NCBI GenBank assembly: GCA_963823665.1
Contig: CAWGMQ010000011.1
Coordinates: forward strand, 928,001-992,000
Length of the DNA stretch: 64,000 nucleotides
Reading direction: 5' to 3'
Source: an uncultured Planctomycetota bacterium
GTDB taxonomy: Bacteria; Planctomycetota; Planctomycetia; Isosphaerales; Isosphaeraceae
Below the pieces are notes generated by a model that saw nothing but the letters and a program-made list of their open reading frames with translations, was not told the origin of the DNA and searched no databases. Numbering within the stretch: position 1 is the first letter of the stretch; each line of letters begins with the position of its first letter. The translations under genes and the position numbers were made by a program. Positions 54,293 to 64,000 of the stretch are shown one piece after another.

Positions 54293-55839
54293 TGACCGCG
54301 ATTGGCGCCGCGATCGGGCTGGCCAGGGCGAGCCCCGCGGCCAGTGGGCGATTGAGTGGGAGGAACGCCATCTCGGCGACGGTCGGCACGATCAATGCGA
54401 CCGCTACGTAGAATAACACCGTCCATGAGACCGCATGGGCTGGCTTGCTGCAGCGAGTTGCCAGCAGCACTCCCAGGCTTACGAATGCCGCTGTGTAGAG
54501 AAGAACTTGAGCGAGAACAAGGGGAACGGTGGCCAGTTGAGTCAACCCGTTCAAGGGCGCGCGCTCGAGGCTTGGCGATGCCGGCGCGTCGCTCTGTACG
54601 AGAAGGCTCGCGAGGACGGGAAACAGTACGACAGGCAAAATGGAGCGATAGACGGCCCACCACTTTCCGTTCACGATCGTGGTGGCCGGCAGCGGCGTCG
54701 CGAGGAGCAAGTCGACGCCTTCCCGCCCGGCATTCTTTTCTTCGGACCAGACGAGACTGGCCTGAATGGCCAGAGCGAGGGCACCGAGTCCGAGCTCGTA
54801 ACCGGCGACGGGCGCGAGGACGGGCTGCACACTGGCGGAGACCCAGTATGCACGTGCACCCTCAACTGTGGCGACGGCCGCGCCGAGGACATAGAGCAGC
54901 CAGAACGCCTGCAAGCCGAAGGACCGCGAACCGCGCCGCCACTCGCGCCAGAGCACGGGATTGCCATCAAGCGAGGGTCGCGGCCACCAGGCGGGGCGCC
55001 AACTTGTGGCCTGCCGCAGGGCCTCAAGTGCTCGCGGCGGCTTTCGCGATTGCGTGTTGTCGCGGGCCAGGATCGAGCGGCGGAACGTGGCTGCGGCGAT
55101 CTCGAGCAGAGCGATCGTGACGCAGGCTGTTCCCGCGGCAAAGATCGCGGCTTGTTCGATCGTCGGCCGGCGCGGCTGCGCCGGGCCAGATCAGCAAGAG
55201 CGGGTTGGCGATGGAGACCCATCGCGCGGGAGGGACTGCTGTGGCGGCCAGGAGCATTGTTCCGTAGAGCCAGGCTCCGGAGGCGGCATACGTGCCGAAT
55301 GCCGCCGAGAGAGGTCGCCTCGACCAGAGCGAGAACGCGACAGCCAGGGCCACGCAGACCGACATAGAGCCAAGAATGGTTACGACGACGATGCCCATCT
55401 GGGCCGGGTCGAGACCCCACCACTCAACCAGGAACGCGAAGAAGGGGAGCATGCACAGCAAGAGGAAGCTGCCGGGAATCATGCAGGCCGCAAACGATTG
55501 CCAGATGATTTCCCGGGGCGTGAGGCGTGTGACGAGCACGAGCGGCAGCATGTACTTACCGCGTCGCCGGCTGAATGTGCCCAGAGCAGGAATCGGCGCG
55601 ACGAGAAACGCAGTGAGAATACCGATGCCGGCGATCAGGCCCGAGTAAGACTTCACTGCGAGATCATGAGCGTAACCCGAAGAAAGCCCCAAGTTGCGAA
55701 ACTGGGAAAACACTTGTTGTGTTAATGCGAGGTAGACTCCGAGGATCACGATTAACAGACCACGAACTGCGTACGAGCCCCTTCGCCCCGCCCCGCGGCG
55801 CGTCTCGGCTCGAAAAACAGGGCCGGGTTCCAGGGGCAT
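54048..55839 (-). CDS. ABC transporter permease-like membrane protein (frameshifted)
   Basis: GPVFRAETRR, LPLVLVTRLTPREII, LWREWRR, SEEK...DLLLATPLPATTIVNGKW. Confidence 0.7.
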
Positions 55840-55961
55840 GATCGCGCCTCCGGTGACAATTGTCGCACCTTTTCCTGGTCTGGGCCATGCGCGAGCGTCG
55901 CCAGCTTGCAAGCTGGCTCGGTTCCGCGCAATTCCTCAGAAGGAGAGCAATCAGCCGCTGG

Positions 55962-56387
55962 TCAGGCCGTCGGCTCCCGGATCGACCCCATCGCGACAAG
56001 CAGTTCGCGTTCCTTCACGCGTTGCGGGTGGTTCAAGCGAAGTAGCCGCACGGTGGCGCGGCCGGTGGCGCTCAGAGGCTCGATGCGGCCATCAGCGAGT
56101 CGGAAATGGTCTGACCAGCGATCTCGGCGCGGATTGAATAATGGCTCAATGGAATCGGTCTGCTCGTCAATCGAAGCCAGATCAGTTCCCTTCCGCGCGT
56201 TGCAGATGGTGCAGGCGAGCGCCAGGTTCGCGGACACGGACGTGCCGCCGTGCTTCTCGGCGATGATGTGGTCGATCGTGTGGAACGCCCACGTCATCGT
56301 TTCCGGAATCAGGCAATACTCACAGCAATCGCGGGCTCATTCGCGGACCTGACGGCGCAGCGAGCTCGGGATATGCGTGACGCTCAC
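55962..56387 (-). pseudogene. HNH endonuclease with in-frame nonsense codon
   Basis: MSVTHIPSSLRRQVRE*ARDCCEYC...IDHIIAEKHGG...NLALACTICNARKG...LFNPR; TGA at 56337-56339. Confidence 0.8.
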
Positions 56388-56393
56388 GTCATC

Positions 56394-56743
56394 TCAGCCC
56401 TGATTCTGTCGCCGGAGAGCCTGGACTTTGGCCATTCGGACGAGGTGCTCGATGTACTCGTAATGCTCCCATTCCTTGCGCTCGCCGGCCGAAAGGCCAT
56501 CGGCATGCATCTTATCGCTCAAAACCTCAATTCGAGCCTGCAACTGGGCGGAAGGCCTGAGAGCTACGACTTCGTCGGGCGACGGCAGGCGCGCCAACGT
56601 CTCGAGCAAATCGGCCAGACCGGCGTACCCCGGCGGATTCGAGAGCCATTCCCTTAACCCAAGCTCGAGGATCTCAGGCAGCCTATCTTCAACCGCGCGA
56701 AGCGCGTCGCGAGGTCATCCGGAATTGTTAGCGTGAGATCCAC
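56394..56743 (-). CDS. Small partner protein upstream of HNH (antitoxin-like), 1-bp frameshift near 56700
   Basis: MDLTLTIPDDLATR...LPEILELGLRE...PSPDEVVALRPS...YIEHLVRMAK. Confidence 0.6.
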
Positions 56744-57021
56744 CGTTTGTTCCTCCAGCGCTTGGCGATCAACCGTCTGTATTCTAGCACTTCAGCTCGA
56801 GAGCGAACATGCTTTCGCGCAAGCCGTGCAAAAGGTGGCAGCCGCAATCGGCAACGCGCGCGTCTTGTGCTCAATCCGGGCTTGAACTACGATCACATCT
56901 TCCGCCGCGCCATGACCGCAGAGCGGAGCCTCTCATTCACACGGCCGACCGTAGGTTCACTCGCTACATCAATGCAAATCGCGGCCGCCAATCGACTTCG
57001 TCACCCGGTCAGGAAATCGCC

Positions 57022-58455
57022 ATGGAATACGACATTGTGATCGCCAACGGGACCGTGGTCAGCTCGGACGGTGAATCTCGCGCCGACGTTGCGATTCGCG
57101 GCGAGAAGATTGCGGCTGTGGGGCCGGGTCTTCTCAAGGGGGCGTCATCGCGAACCAAGGTGGTGGACGCCTCCGGGCGTCTGGTGATACCGGGCGGGGT
57201 TGACGTGCACGTTCATCTCGAGCTTCCGTTTTGCGGAACGGTCTCGAGCGACGACTGGAACACGGGCACCCGTGCCGCGGCGCGCGGCGGGGTGACGACC
57301 GTCATCGATTTTGCCATCCCGTACGGCAAGGAGTCGCTCGAGGACGCGTATGACAACTGGCTGGCGAGAGCCAAGCCCAAGGCATGCGTCGATTATTGCT
57401 TTCACATGGCGATCACCAACTGGGACCGGCACGGCCCGGAGATGGAAAAGATGGTCGCAATGGGCTGCCCGACATTCAAGGAATTCATGATCTATGCATC
57501 CGAGGGCTGGCAGTCCGACGATCGGGCGATCTACAACACGCTCGAGCGGTGCAAGGACCTGGGTGGAATGCTGCTGGTCCACGCCGAATCGAGCCGCGTG
57601 CTCGACGAGTTGATCGCCCGCCACCACACGCCGAACGAGATGCGGAGCTACGGGGCACGGCTGCACGCGATGACCCGGCCCAACTTCATCGAGGCCGAGG
57701 CGATCCAGCGGGCGATCACCTGGGCGGAAGTCACCGGCGGCCGGCTTTATATCGTTCACATGTCGACTGCTCAAGGGGCCGATCACGTGAAGGCCGCCCA
57801 GGCGCGCGGGGTCGATGTGTATGCCGAGACCTGCGCCCAGTATCTGGTGCTCGACGACTCGGTATTCGCCAGGGAGGACGGTCATCATTACGCGTGCTGC
57901 CCGCAGGTCAAGAAGAAGAGCGACCAGGCGCGTCTCTGGAAGGGGCTGCACGACGGCGAGGTGTCGGTTGTATCGACAGATACGTGCACATTCTCACGTG
58001 CTCAGAAGGCGCGATGGGAAGGCGATTGGACCAAGATTCCGATGGGGCTGCCGGGGCTCGAGACTCTGTTGCCGATTGTCTACACGCACGGCGTGCTCGA
58101 ACGGCGCTTGACCCCGTCGGAATTCGTCGCCAAGTGCTGCACCAACCCGGCCAGGCTGATGGGTCTCTTTCCGCAGAAAGGGACGCTGAGCGCGGGGAGC
58201 GACGCCGACATCGCGATCATCGACCCGACCAGGAAGATCGAAGTCGATTGCTCCAAGATGGAAACCAACGCCGACTGGAGCCCGTATCAGGGCTGGCCGC
58301 TCGCGGGATTTGCAGAAACAACCTTTAGCCGCGGCCGGAAGATCGTCGAAGAGTACAACTTCATCGGCGAGAGCGGCTGGGGCCGCTGGCTGCCGCGGGA
58401 GCGTGCGGGCTCGCTCGAAGGCGTCAGAGGGCCGGCTCTCGCGCAACGGGCATGA
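57022..58455 (+). CDS. hydA: Dihydropyrimidinase
   Basis: PGGVDVHVHLE, AAARGGVTTVIDF, FKEFMIY, VHAE, YIVHMS, IPMGLPGLET, GSDADI; pathway context. Confidence 0.92.
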   Translation: MEYDIVIANGTVVSSDGESRADVAIRGEKIAAVGPGLLKGASSRTKVVDASGRLVIPGGVDVHVHLELPFCGTVSSDDWNTGTRAAARGGVTTVIDFAIPYGKESLEDAYDNWLARAKPKACVDYCFHMAITNWDRHGPEMEKMVAMGCPTFKEFMIYASEGWQSDDRAIYNTLERCKDLGGMLLVHAESSRVLDELIARHHTPNEMRSYGARLHAMTRPNFIEAEAIQRAITWAEVTGGRLYIVHMSTAQGADHVKAAQARGVDVYAETCAQYLVLDDSVFAREDGHHYACCPQVKKKSDQARLWKGLHDGEVSVVSTDTCTFSRAQKARWEGDWTKIPMGLPGLETLLPIVYTHGVLERRLTPSEFVAKCCTNPARLMGLFPQKGTLSAGSDADIAIIDPTRKIEVDCSKMETNADWSPYQGWPLAGFAETTFSRGRKIVEEYNFIGESGWGRWLPRERAGSLEGVRGPALAQRA

Positions 58456-58504
58456 CGATCGCGGAAAGTCGCCGTTCGACTCGAGCGTCTCGAAGGGAGC
58501 CGCC

Positions 58505-59845
58505 ATGTTCCGGTCTGGTGAGAAGTATTCATCCGAACGTTTGAAAGAACGATTTGCCGATGTTCCACCGCCGCTCTCGCTGGATGAAGCGCGGGTGGAG
58601 GCCGCGCGGTGTCTCTATTGCTTTGACGCCCCGTGCACGCGGGCTTGCCCGACGCACATCGACGTTCCAGGTTTCATTCGCCAGATACTCCACCACGATG
58701 AGCTGTCGGCGGCACGCACGATTCTCGATGCCAATGTCTTCGGTGGAAGCTGTGCGCGGGCCTGCCCGACCGAGGTGCTCTGCGAGGGGGCCTGTGTCGA
58801 CCGGATGCTCATGAAGAGCCCGGTGCAGATCGGCCGACTTCAGCGCCATGCCTGTGATGCAGCGGGCGAGCGCGGCTTCGCGTTTTTCGAGGCAGGCTCA
58901 GCCACGGGCAGGCGGGTGGCCATCGTCGGCTCGGGGCCGGCGGGTCTTTCCTGTGCTTTTTCATTGCGGCGCATGGGTCACGCCGTGACGGTGTTCGAGG
59001 CGCGCGGCGTGCCCGGCGGGCTTGATACGCTGGGGATCGCGGCATACAAGATCTCGACCGATTTCGCTCTTGCGGAAATCGCGATGATTCGCAAGATCGG
59101 TATCGATATCGAATTCAACCATCGCGTCGCCGCGGCCGAATTGCCGGCACTGCTCGAAACGTATGATGCCGTGTTCCTTGGTATCGGCCTGGGCAGGACG
59201 ATGCCGCTAGAGATCGAGGGAGAAGAGCTGGAAGGTGTCTGGGAGTCGCTTGACTTCATCTTTCAAACCCACACGAAGCCGCTCGAGGATTGCAGTGTCG
59301 GAGCGAGCGTGGTGGTGATCGGTGCGGGCAACACGGCGATTGACGTGGCGACTATCTCGAAGAGGCTGGGGGCCGAGACGGTGACGATCGCATACCGCCG
59401 CTCCGAGTTGCTCTTGCCTGCCTTTGCATATGAGTATGAGCTGGCCAAGAGTGATGGCGTGCGGTTCGAGTGGTGCGTGCAGCCTTTGCGCATCCTGGGC
59501 GAGGGCGGGCGAGCCACCGGCGTTCTCTTCCAGAAGACGGAGCTCGGCGAACCGGCGGCGCGGACGGGCCCTGTGAGAGGAATTCCGGGGTCCGAATTCG
59601 TGATTCCCGCAGACATGGTGGTGAAGGCGCTCGGCCAGGAGCACCTGCTTGACCTGGTGGCGGCCTTAGCCGGCTTGCAATCAAGGAATGGCGCCGTTGT
59701 GGTTGACGGCGCGACCTTGATGACGAGCATTCCGGGCCTCTTCGCCGGCGGCGACTGCCTGCGGAGCGGCGGCGAAATCGTCGACGCCGTGCAGGACGGC
59801 AAGATCGCTGCGAAGGGAATTGATACCAGGCTCAGGACACGATAG
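58505..59845 (+). CDS. preT: NAD-dependent dihydropyrimidine dehydrogenase subunit PreT
   Basis: EAARCLYCFDAPCTRACPTHIDVP, CARACPTEVLCEGAC, GSGPAG, GAGNTAID. Confidence 0.92.
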   Translation: MFRSGEKYSSERLKERFADVPPPLSLDEARVEAARCLYCFDAPCTRACPTHIDVPGFIRQILHHDELSAARTILDANVFGGSCARACPTEVLCEGACVDRMLMKSPVQIGRLQRHACDAAGERGFAFFEAGSATGRRVAIVGSGPAGLSCAFSLRRMGHAVTVFEARGVPGGLDTLGIAAYKISTDFALAEIAMIRKIGIDIEFNHRVAAAELPALLETYDAVFLGIGLGRTMPLEIEGEELEGVWESLDFIFQTHTKPLEDCSVGASVVVIGAGNTAIDVATISKRLGAETVTIAYRRSELLLPAFAYEYELAKSDGVRFEWCVQPLRILGEGGRATGVLFQKTELGEPAARTGPVRGIPGSEFVIPADMVVKALGQEHLLDLVAALAGLQSRNGAVVVDGATLMTSIPGLFAGGDCLRSGGEIVDAVQDGKIAAKGIDTRLRTR

Positions 59846-59870
59846 AGAACTCGACGGAGCGCATTCGACC

Positions 59871-61250
59871 ATGCCCGACCTATCGATCGAATTCTGCGGC
59901 GTGAAGGCGCCGAACCCATTCTGGCTGGCCTCGGCTCCGCCGACCAATTCCGAATATCAGGTGCGCCGCGCGTTCGACTCCGGCTGGGGCGGCGCGGTTT
60001 GGAAGACGATCGCCGGCGAGCCGATCGTCAATGTCTCGTCGCGATATGGAGCGATCGATTACGACGGGCGAAAAGTGATGGGGCTCAACAATATCGAGTT
60101 GATCACCGATCGTCCGCTGGACGTGAATCTCCGGGAAATTGCCCGGGTGAAGAAGGCGCATCCCGATCGGGCGCTGTTCGTCTCGCTGATGGTGGAATCG
60201 AATCGGGAAGCCTGGCACGAGATCACCAAGCAAACGCAGGACACCGGCGCCGACGGCATCGAGCTCAACTTCGGCTGCCCGCACGGGATGAGCGAGCGCG
60301 GGATGGGCTCGGCGGTGGGCCAGGTTCCCGACTATGCCTGCATGATCACAGAATGGGTGAAAGAAGTCGCGACGATACCCGTGATGGTGAAGCTCACGCC
60401 CAATGTGAGTGACGTGGCGGCGATCGGGCGCGCGGCGGTGCGCGGCGGTGCCGATGCTCTTTCGCTGATCAACACGATCAATTCGATCATGGGCATCGAC
60501 CTGGAAACGCTGGCGCCCAAGCCGGCGGTGCGCGGCCACGGGAGCCACGGGGGCTATTGCGGGCCGGCGGTCAAGCCGATCGCGCTCAACATGGTGGCCG
60601 CAGTGGCGGCAGACCATGATATCCGGGTGCCGATCAGCGGCATCGGCGGCATCCAGGCTTGGCAGGACGCCGTAGAATTTTTGCTGCTGGGGGCAAGCTC
60701 GGTGCAGGTGTGCACCGCGGTCATGCACTACGGGTTCCGGATCGTGGAGCAGCTCCGGAGCGGGCTGGAGAACTGGATGAACGAGAAGGGCTATCGCTCG
60801 ATCCGCGAGTTCAGCGGCCTTTCGGTGCCGAGAATCAAGTCGTGGGGCGAGCTCGATCTTAACTACAAGATCGTCGCACAGATCGACCAGGAGAAATGCA
60901 TTCACTGCGGACTCTGCTACATCGCCTGTGAAGACGGCTGCCACCAATCGATCCGCTGGGACAGAACGCCCACTGCGGAATTCCTCGCGAACGGTCACAA
61001 GAATGCTGGAACAACGATCTCAGGCGGCCACCAGGTCGTGCCGGGCTCTGGCGGCGACGTGGTGAACATGTTCAAGATAGATGAGAACACCTGCGTTGGT
61101 TGTAACATGTGCAGTCTCGTTTGTCCGGTCGATCGCTGCATCACGATGCGCGAGGTCGACACGGGGCTGGCGCCCTTGAGCTGGAACCAGTACCAGCTCA
61201 GGCTGGCCCGGGGCGAGATCGACCCGATCGAGCCGCCGCAACATGCGTGA
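59871..61250 (+). CDS. preA: Dihydropyrimidine dehydrogenase subunit PreA
   Basis: NPFWLASAPPT, GLNNIELITDR, ELNFGCPHGMSERGMG, two CxxCxxCxxxC clusters. Confidence 0.95.
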   Translation: MPDLSIEFCGVKAPNPFWLASAPPTNSEYQVRRAFDSGWGGAVWKTIAGEPIVNVSSRYGAIDYDGRKVMGLNNIELITDRPLDVNLREIARVKKAHPDRALFVSLMVESNREAWHEITKQTQDTGADGIELNFGCPHGMSERGMGSAVGQVPDYACMITEWVKEVATIPVMVKLTPNVSDVAAIGRAAVRGGADALSLINTINSIMGIDLETLAPKPAVRGHGSHGGYCGPAVKPIALNMVAAVAADHDIRVPISGIGGIQAWQDAVEFLLLGASSVQVCTAVMHYGFRIVEQLRSGLENWMNEKGYRSIREFSGLSVPRIKSWGELDLNYKIVAQIDQEKCIHCGLCYIACEDGCHQSIRWDRTPTAEFLANGHKNAGTTISGGHQVVPGSGGDVVNMFKIDENTCVGCNMCSLVCPVDRCITMREVDTGLAPLSWNQYQLRLARGEIDPIEPPQHA

Positions 61251-61259
61251 GGGGCGCGC

Positions 61260-62645
61260 TTACTTCCGCCGCGATACCACGCTCAGCACTTCATCGAGAC
61301 AGTCAACGAGGAAATCCGCATCGTCGCACGTCACGCACATGGGGGGCTTGATCCGGAGCGTGTTGCCGGCCAGGCCGCCTTTGCCGACCAGGAGGCCGCG
61401 TTCCTTGCAAAGCTCGAGCAGATCGGCCGTTTCTGTTGTGGCGGGCTCTTTCGAACGACGGTCGCGGACGAGCTCGACGCCCAGCATGAGGCCCATGCCG
61501 CGCACCTCGCCGATTGAGGGCTGGCGATCTTGCAGCGCGAGCAGGCGCTCTTTGAGGTGGGTGCCGACGCGCAGTGCGTTCTCCTGGATTCCCTCGCTCT
61601 CGATCACCTCGAGCGTTGCCAGCCCCTGGGTCATCGAGATCGGGTTGCCGCCGAATGTGTTGAAATGAATGCGATTCTTCATGACGCGGGCGATCTCGGG
61701 CCGCGTGGTGCAGGCTCCCAGTGGCGCGCCGTTGCCGAAGCCCTTGGCCATCGTGACCAGGTCGGGAGTGACGCCCCAGTTCTCGAAGCCCCAGTACTTC
61801 GTTCCGGTGCGGCCGAAGCCGGTCTGCACTTCGTCGGCGATGCAGAGCCCGCCGTGGGCCCGGACGATGTCGTAGACAATCTGAAAATACTCAGGCGGAG
61901 GTGTGACGACGCCGCCGACGCCCTGGATGGGCTCGGCGATGAAGCAGGCGACCTCGCCGGGCGTCTCGTAGCGGATCAGGTCCAGCACGTCGCGGGCGCA
62001 CTTCACGTCGCAGCTCGGATACTCGAGCCCGTAAGGACAGCGATAACAATAGCCGGGTGTCGCGTGCTTCACTCCGATCGTCGGGTTCGACTTGAATTTC
62101 CAGGTGCCGTGAGCGGTCAAACCCATGGCGGCCTGGGTGCCGCCGTGGTAGCCGTTGCGCAGGCTGATCACGTCGACATTGCCCGTGAACTCGCGCGAAG
62201 AGAGAATCGCAATCTCGGTTGCCTCGCTGCCGGAGTTCGTGAAATAGCTGACCGAAAGCCCACTCCTGGCGGGCATGACCCCGGCGAGCTTTTGCCCGAG
62301 CTCGGCGACGGCGGGGTGCAGATAGATGGTCGTGGTGTGCTGGAGCCGGCCAACTTGCTCGCGCACTTTTTCGACGATTTGTGGATGGCAATGACCGACG
62401 GAGACCGTCACGATGCCGGCAAAGGCATCGAGATACTGCTTGCCCGTTTCGTCCCAGACGTACTGCATGTGGCCGTCGACGAGCATCAAGGGCTCGCGGT
62501 AGTAAGTGAGCAGGCCCGGCGTCAGATACTCTCGTCGCAGCGCGAGCACTTCCTCTCGCGGCGGGCCGGTGTAAGGGGGCGGGGAGTGAGACGAGGCCGG
62601 CAGCGGCACCGCCGTCGCGCTCGTCCTGGATTCTGTCACAGCCAT
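61260..62645 (-). CDS. Class III PLP aminotransferase (AGXT2/beta-alanine aminotransferase-like)
   Basis: YLDAFAGIVTVSVGHCHP, AEPIQGVGG, ADEVQTGFGRTG, MAKGFGNG, HFNTFGGNP. Confidence 0.9.
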   Translation of the reverse strand: MAVTESRTSATAVPLPASSHSPPPYTGPPREEVLALRREYLTPGLLTYYREPLMLVDGHMQYVWDETGKQYLDAFAGIVTVSVGHCHPQIVEKVREQVGRLQHTTTIYLHPAVAELGQKLAGVMPARSGLSVSYFTNSGSEATEIAILSSREFTGNVDVISLRNGYHGGTQAAMGLTAHGTWKFKSNPTIGVKHATPGYCYRCPYGLEYPSCDVKCARDVLDLIRYETPGEVACFIAEPIQGVGGVVTPPPEYFQIVYDIVRAHGGLCIADEVQTGFGRTGTKYWGFENWGVTPDLVTMAKGFGNGAPLGACTTRPEIARVMKNRIHFNTFGGNPISMTQGLATLEVIESEGIQENALRVGTHLKERLLALQDRQPSIGEVRGMGLMLGVELVRDRRSKEPATTETADLLELCKERGLLVGKGGLAGNTLRIKPPMCVTCDDADFLVDCLDEVLSVVSRRK

Positions 62646-62663
62646 TTCGTCACCCTCGTCATT

Positions 62664-63533
62664 TCAGAGCTGCACGAGCGCACCGTAACTCTCCGGCCTG
62701 CGATCGCGGAAGAACTGCCAGGTGTTGCGCACCTCGCGGATGAGATCCAGATTCAAGTCGGCGATCACGATATCGTCACAGTCGCGGCCGCCCTGGGCCA
62801 GGATCTGGCCGCGGGGATCGCAGAAATAGCTCTGGCCGTAGAATTCGCCGATCCGCCATGGCTCTTCGAAGCCCGGTCGATTGATTGCACCGACGAAATA
62901 GCCGTTGGCCACGGCGTGGGCGGGCTGTTCGAGCTTCCAGAGGTATTCCGAGAGCCCGGCGACAGTGGCCGATGGGTTGAAGACGATCTCGGCTCCGTTC
63001 AATCCCAGACAGCGCGCGCCTTCGGGAAAGTGGCGGTCGTAGCAGATATAAACCCCGACCTTACCGACGCGGGTGTCGAAGACGGGATAACCGAGATTGC
63101 CCGGGCGAAAATAGAATTTTTCCCAGAAGCCCGGTGCACAATGGGGAATATGCATCTTGCGAAACTTGCCGAGATAGGTGCCGCCTGCATCGATCACGGC
63201 GGCGGTATTGTAGTAGACGCCGGTGAGATCCTCCTCGTACACGGGCACGACCAGGACGATGTCGTGCCGCCGCGCAAGCTCACACATCAGCTTGGTGGTC
63301 GGCCCGTCGGGCACTCGTTCAGTGAGCTCGTACCAGCGTGACTCTTGTTCGGCACAGAAGTACGGGCCATAAAAAAGCTCTTGCAGGCAAACGGCCTGTG
63401 CACCTCGGTTGGCCGCTTCGGCGATCAGCGCGACGTGCTTCTCGAGCATCGCCTGCTTGATGGCAGCCACTGGCGCCGTTGCTTTTTCGCAAAGAGTCGC
63501 CTGGATCAAGGCACCACGAATCACTCTTGGCAT
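62664..63533 (-). CDS. Nitrilase-family beta-ureidopropionase (N-carbamoyl-beta-alanine amidohydrolase)
   Basis: LQELFYGPYFC, KFRKMHIP, FWEKFYF, ICYDRHFPE (E-K-C triad), FFRDRRP; pathway context. Confidence 0.88.
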   Translation of the reverse strand: MPRVIRGALIQATLCEKATAPVAAIKQAMLEKHVALIAEAANRGAQAVCLQELFYGPYFCAEQESRWYELTERVPDGPTTKLMCELARRHDIVLVVPVYEEDLTGVYYNTAAVIDAGGTYLGKFRKMHIPHCAPGFWEKFYFRPGNLGYPVFDTRVGKVGVYICYDRHFPEGARCLGLNGAEIVFNPSATVAGLSEYLWKLEQPAHAVANGYFVGAINRPGFEEPWRIGEFYGQSYFCDPRGQILAQGGRDCDDIVIADLNLDLIREVRNTWQFFRDRRPESYGALVQL

Positions 63534-63781
63534 GACGGATCCTCGGTCTTGCGGAACTTGAGTGCAATCACGATGCTACATTGCACGAGCCAGCAATGCC
63601 AGGTGAGAGGGGCTGTAGCTCGAGGCAGGCGATCGCACGGCATCGCGGCTCCGAGACGCAATCCGGCCGATTTTCGCAAATTGGCCTTGAATTTCGTGGG
63701 TGACTTCCATCTAATTCACACACGCGCACGAATCGGATGTGTAAGTGTGCCATGCTCGCAAACACCAGGCAGGATGCCCGA

Positions 63782-64000
63782 GTGAGCTCTCGAGTCAACG
63801 ACGATTCCACTCTCCTTGAGCTAGAAGAAGCACGCGCGGGTGACGCGGAGCTCTCTGGGCCGTACGCTGGAATCGTGTCGCGATTATCTGCTGTTGATCG
63901 CCGGGCGATCGATCGATCGAGACTTGCTTCCCAAGGGCGGCGGGTCTGACCTCGTGCAGGACACGCTCCTGGGGGCTTATCGCGACTTCGACACGTTTCA
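63782..64000 (+). CDS. ECF sigma factor, planctomycete type (partial, frameshift near 63850)
   Basis: ARAGD...LGRTLESCRDYLLLIAG...KGGGSDLVQDTLLGAYRDF; runs off window. Confidence 0.75.

Overview
High-GC bacterial DNA whose gene content points to a planctomycete, probably Isosphaeraceae-like (inference from LEPRxLL-type secreted proteins, ECF sigma/Ser-Thr kinase pairs, DUF1501, and many WD40/TPR proteins). At least 14 otherwise intact genes carry small frameshifts, most likely sequencing indels. Left arm: phosphohexomutase, TetR, WD40, YciI+ECF42, TPR-sulfotransferase, esterase, sulfatase-like protein, TPR/WD40 pair, desaturase, a degenerate kinase and a surface-glycan cluster. 30.5-35 kb is a patch of gene fragments. 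The most unusual part is 35-47 kb. An ECF sigma and a membrane Ser/Thr kinase are followed by three copies of a conserved ~330 bp non-coding element. Each copy precedes a different secreted repeat protein (RCC1-like, HAF-repeat, Vgb-like), and these proteins share an N-terminal export motif and a related Lys-rich C-terminal domain. Orphan 3' gene tails lie between the units. The array ends at a dead tyrosine integrase next to a tmRNA 3'-end (att) fragment. Right arm: two more GT-C paralogs, an ABC permease-like gene, an inactivated HNH gene pair, a complete reductive pyrimidine catabolism cluster and a partial ECF sigma. No rRNA, intact tRNA or CRISPR array was seen.
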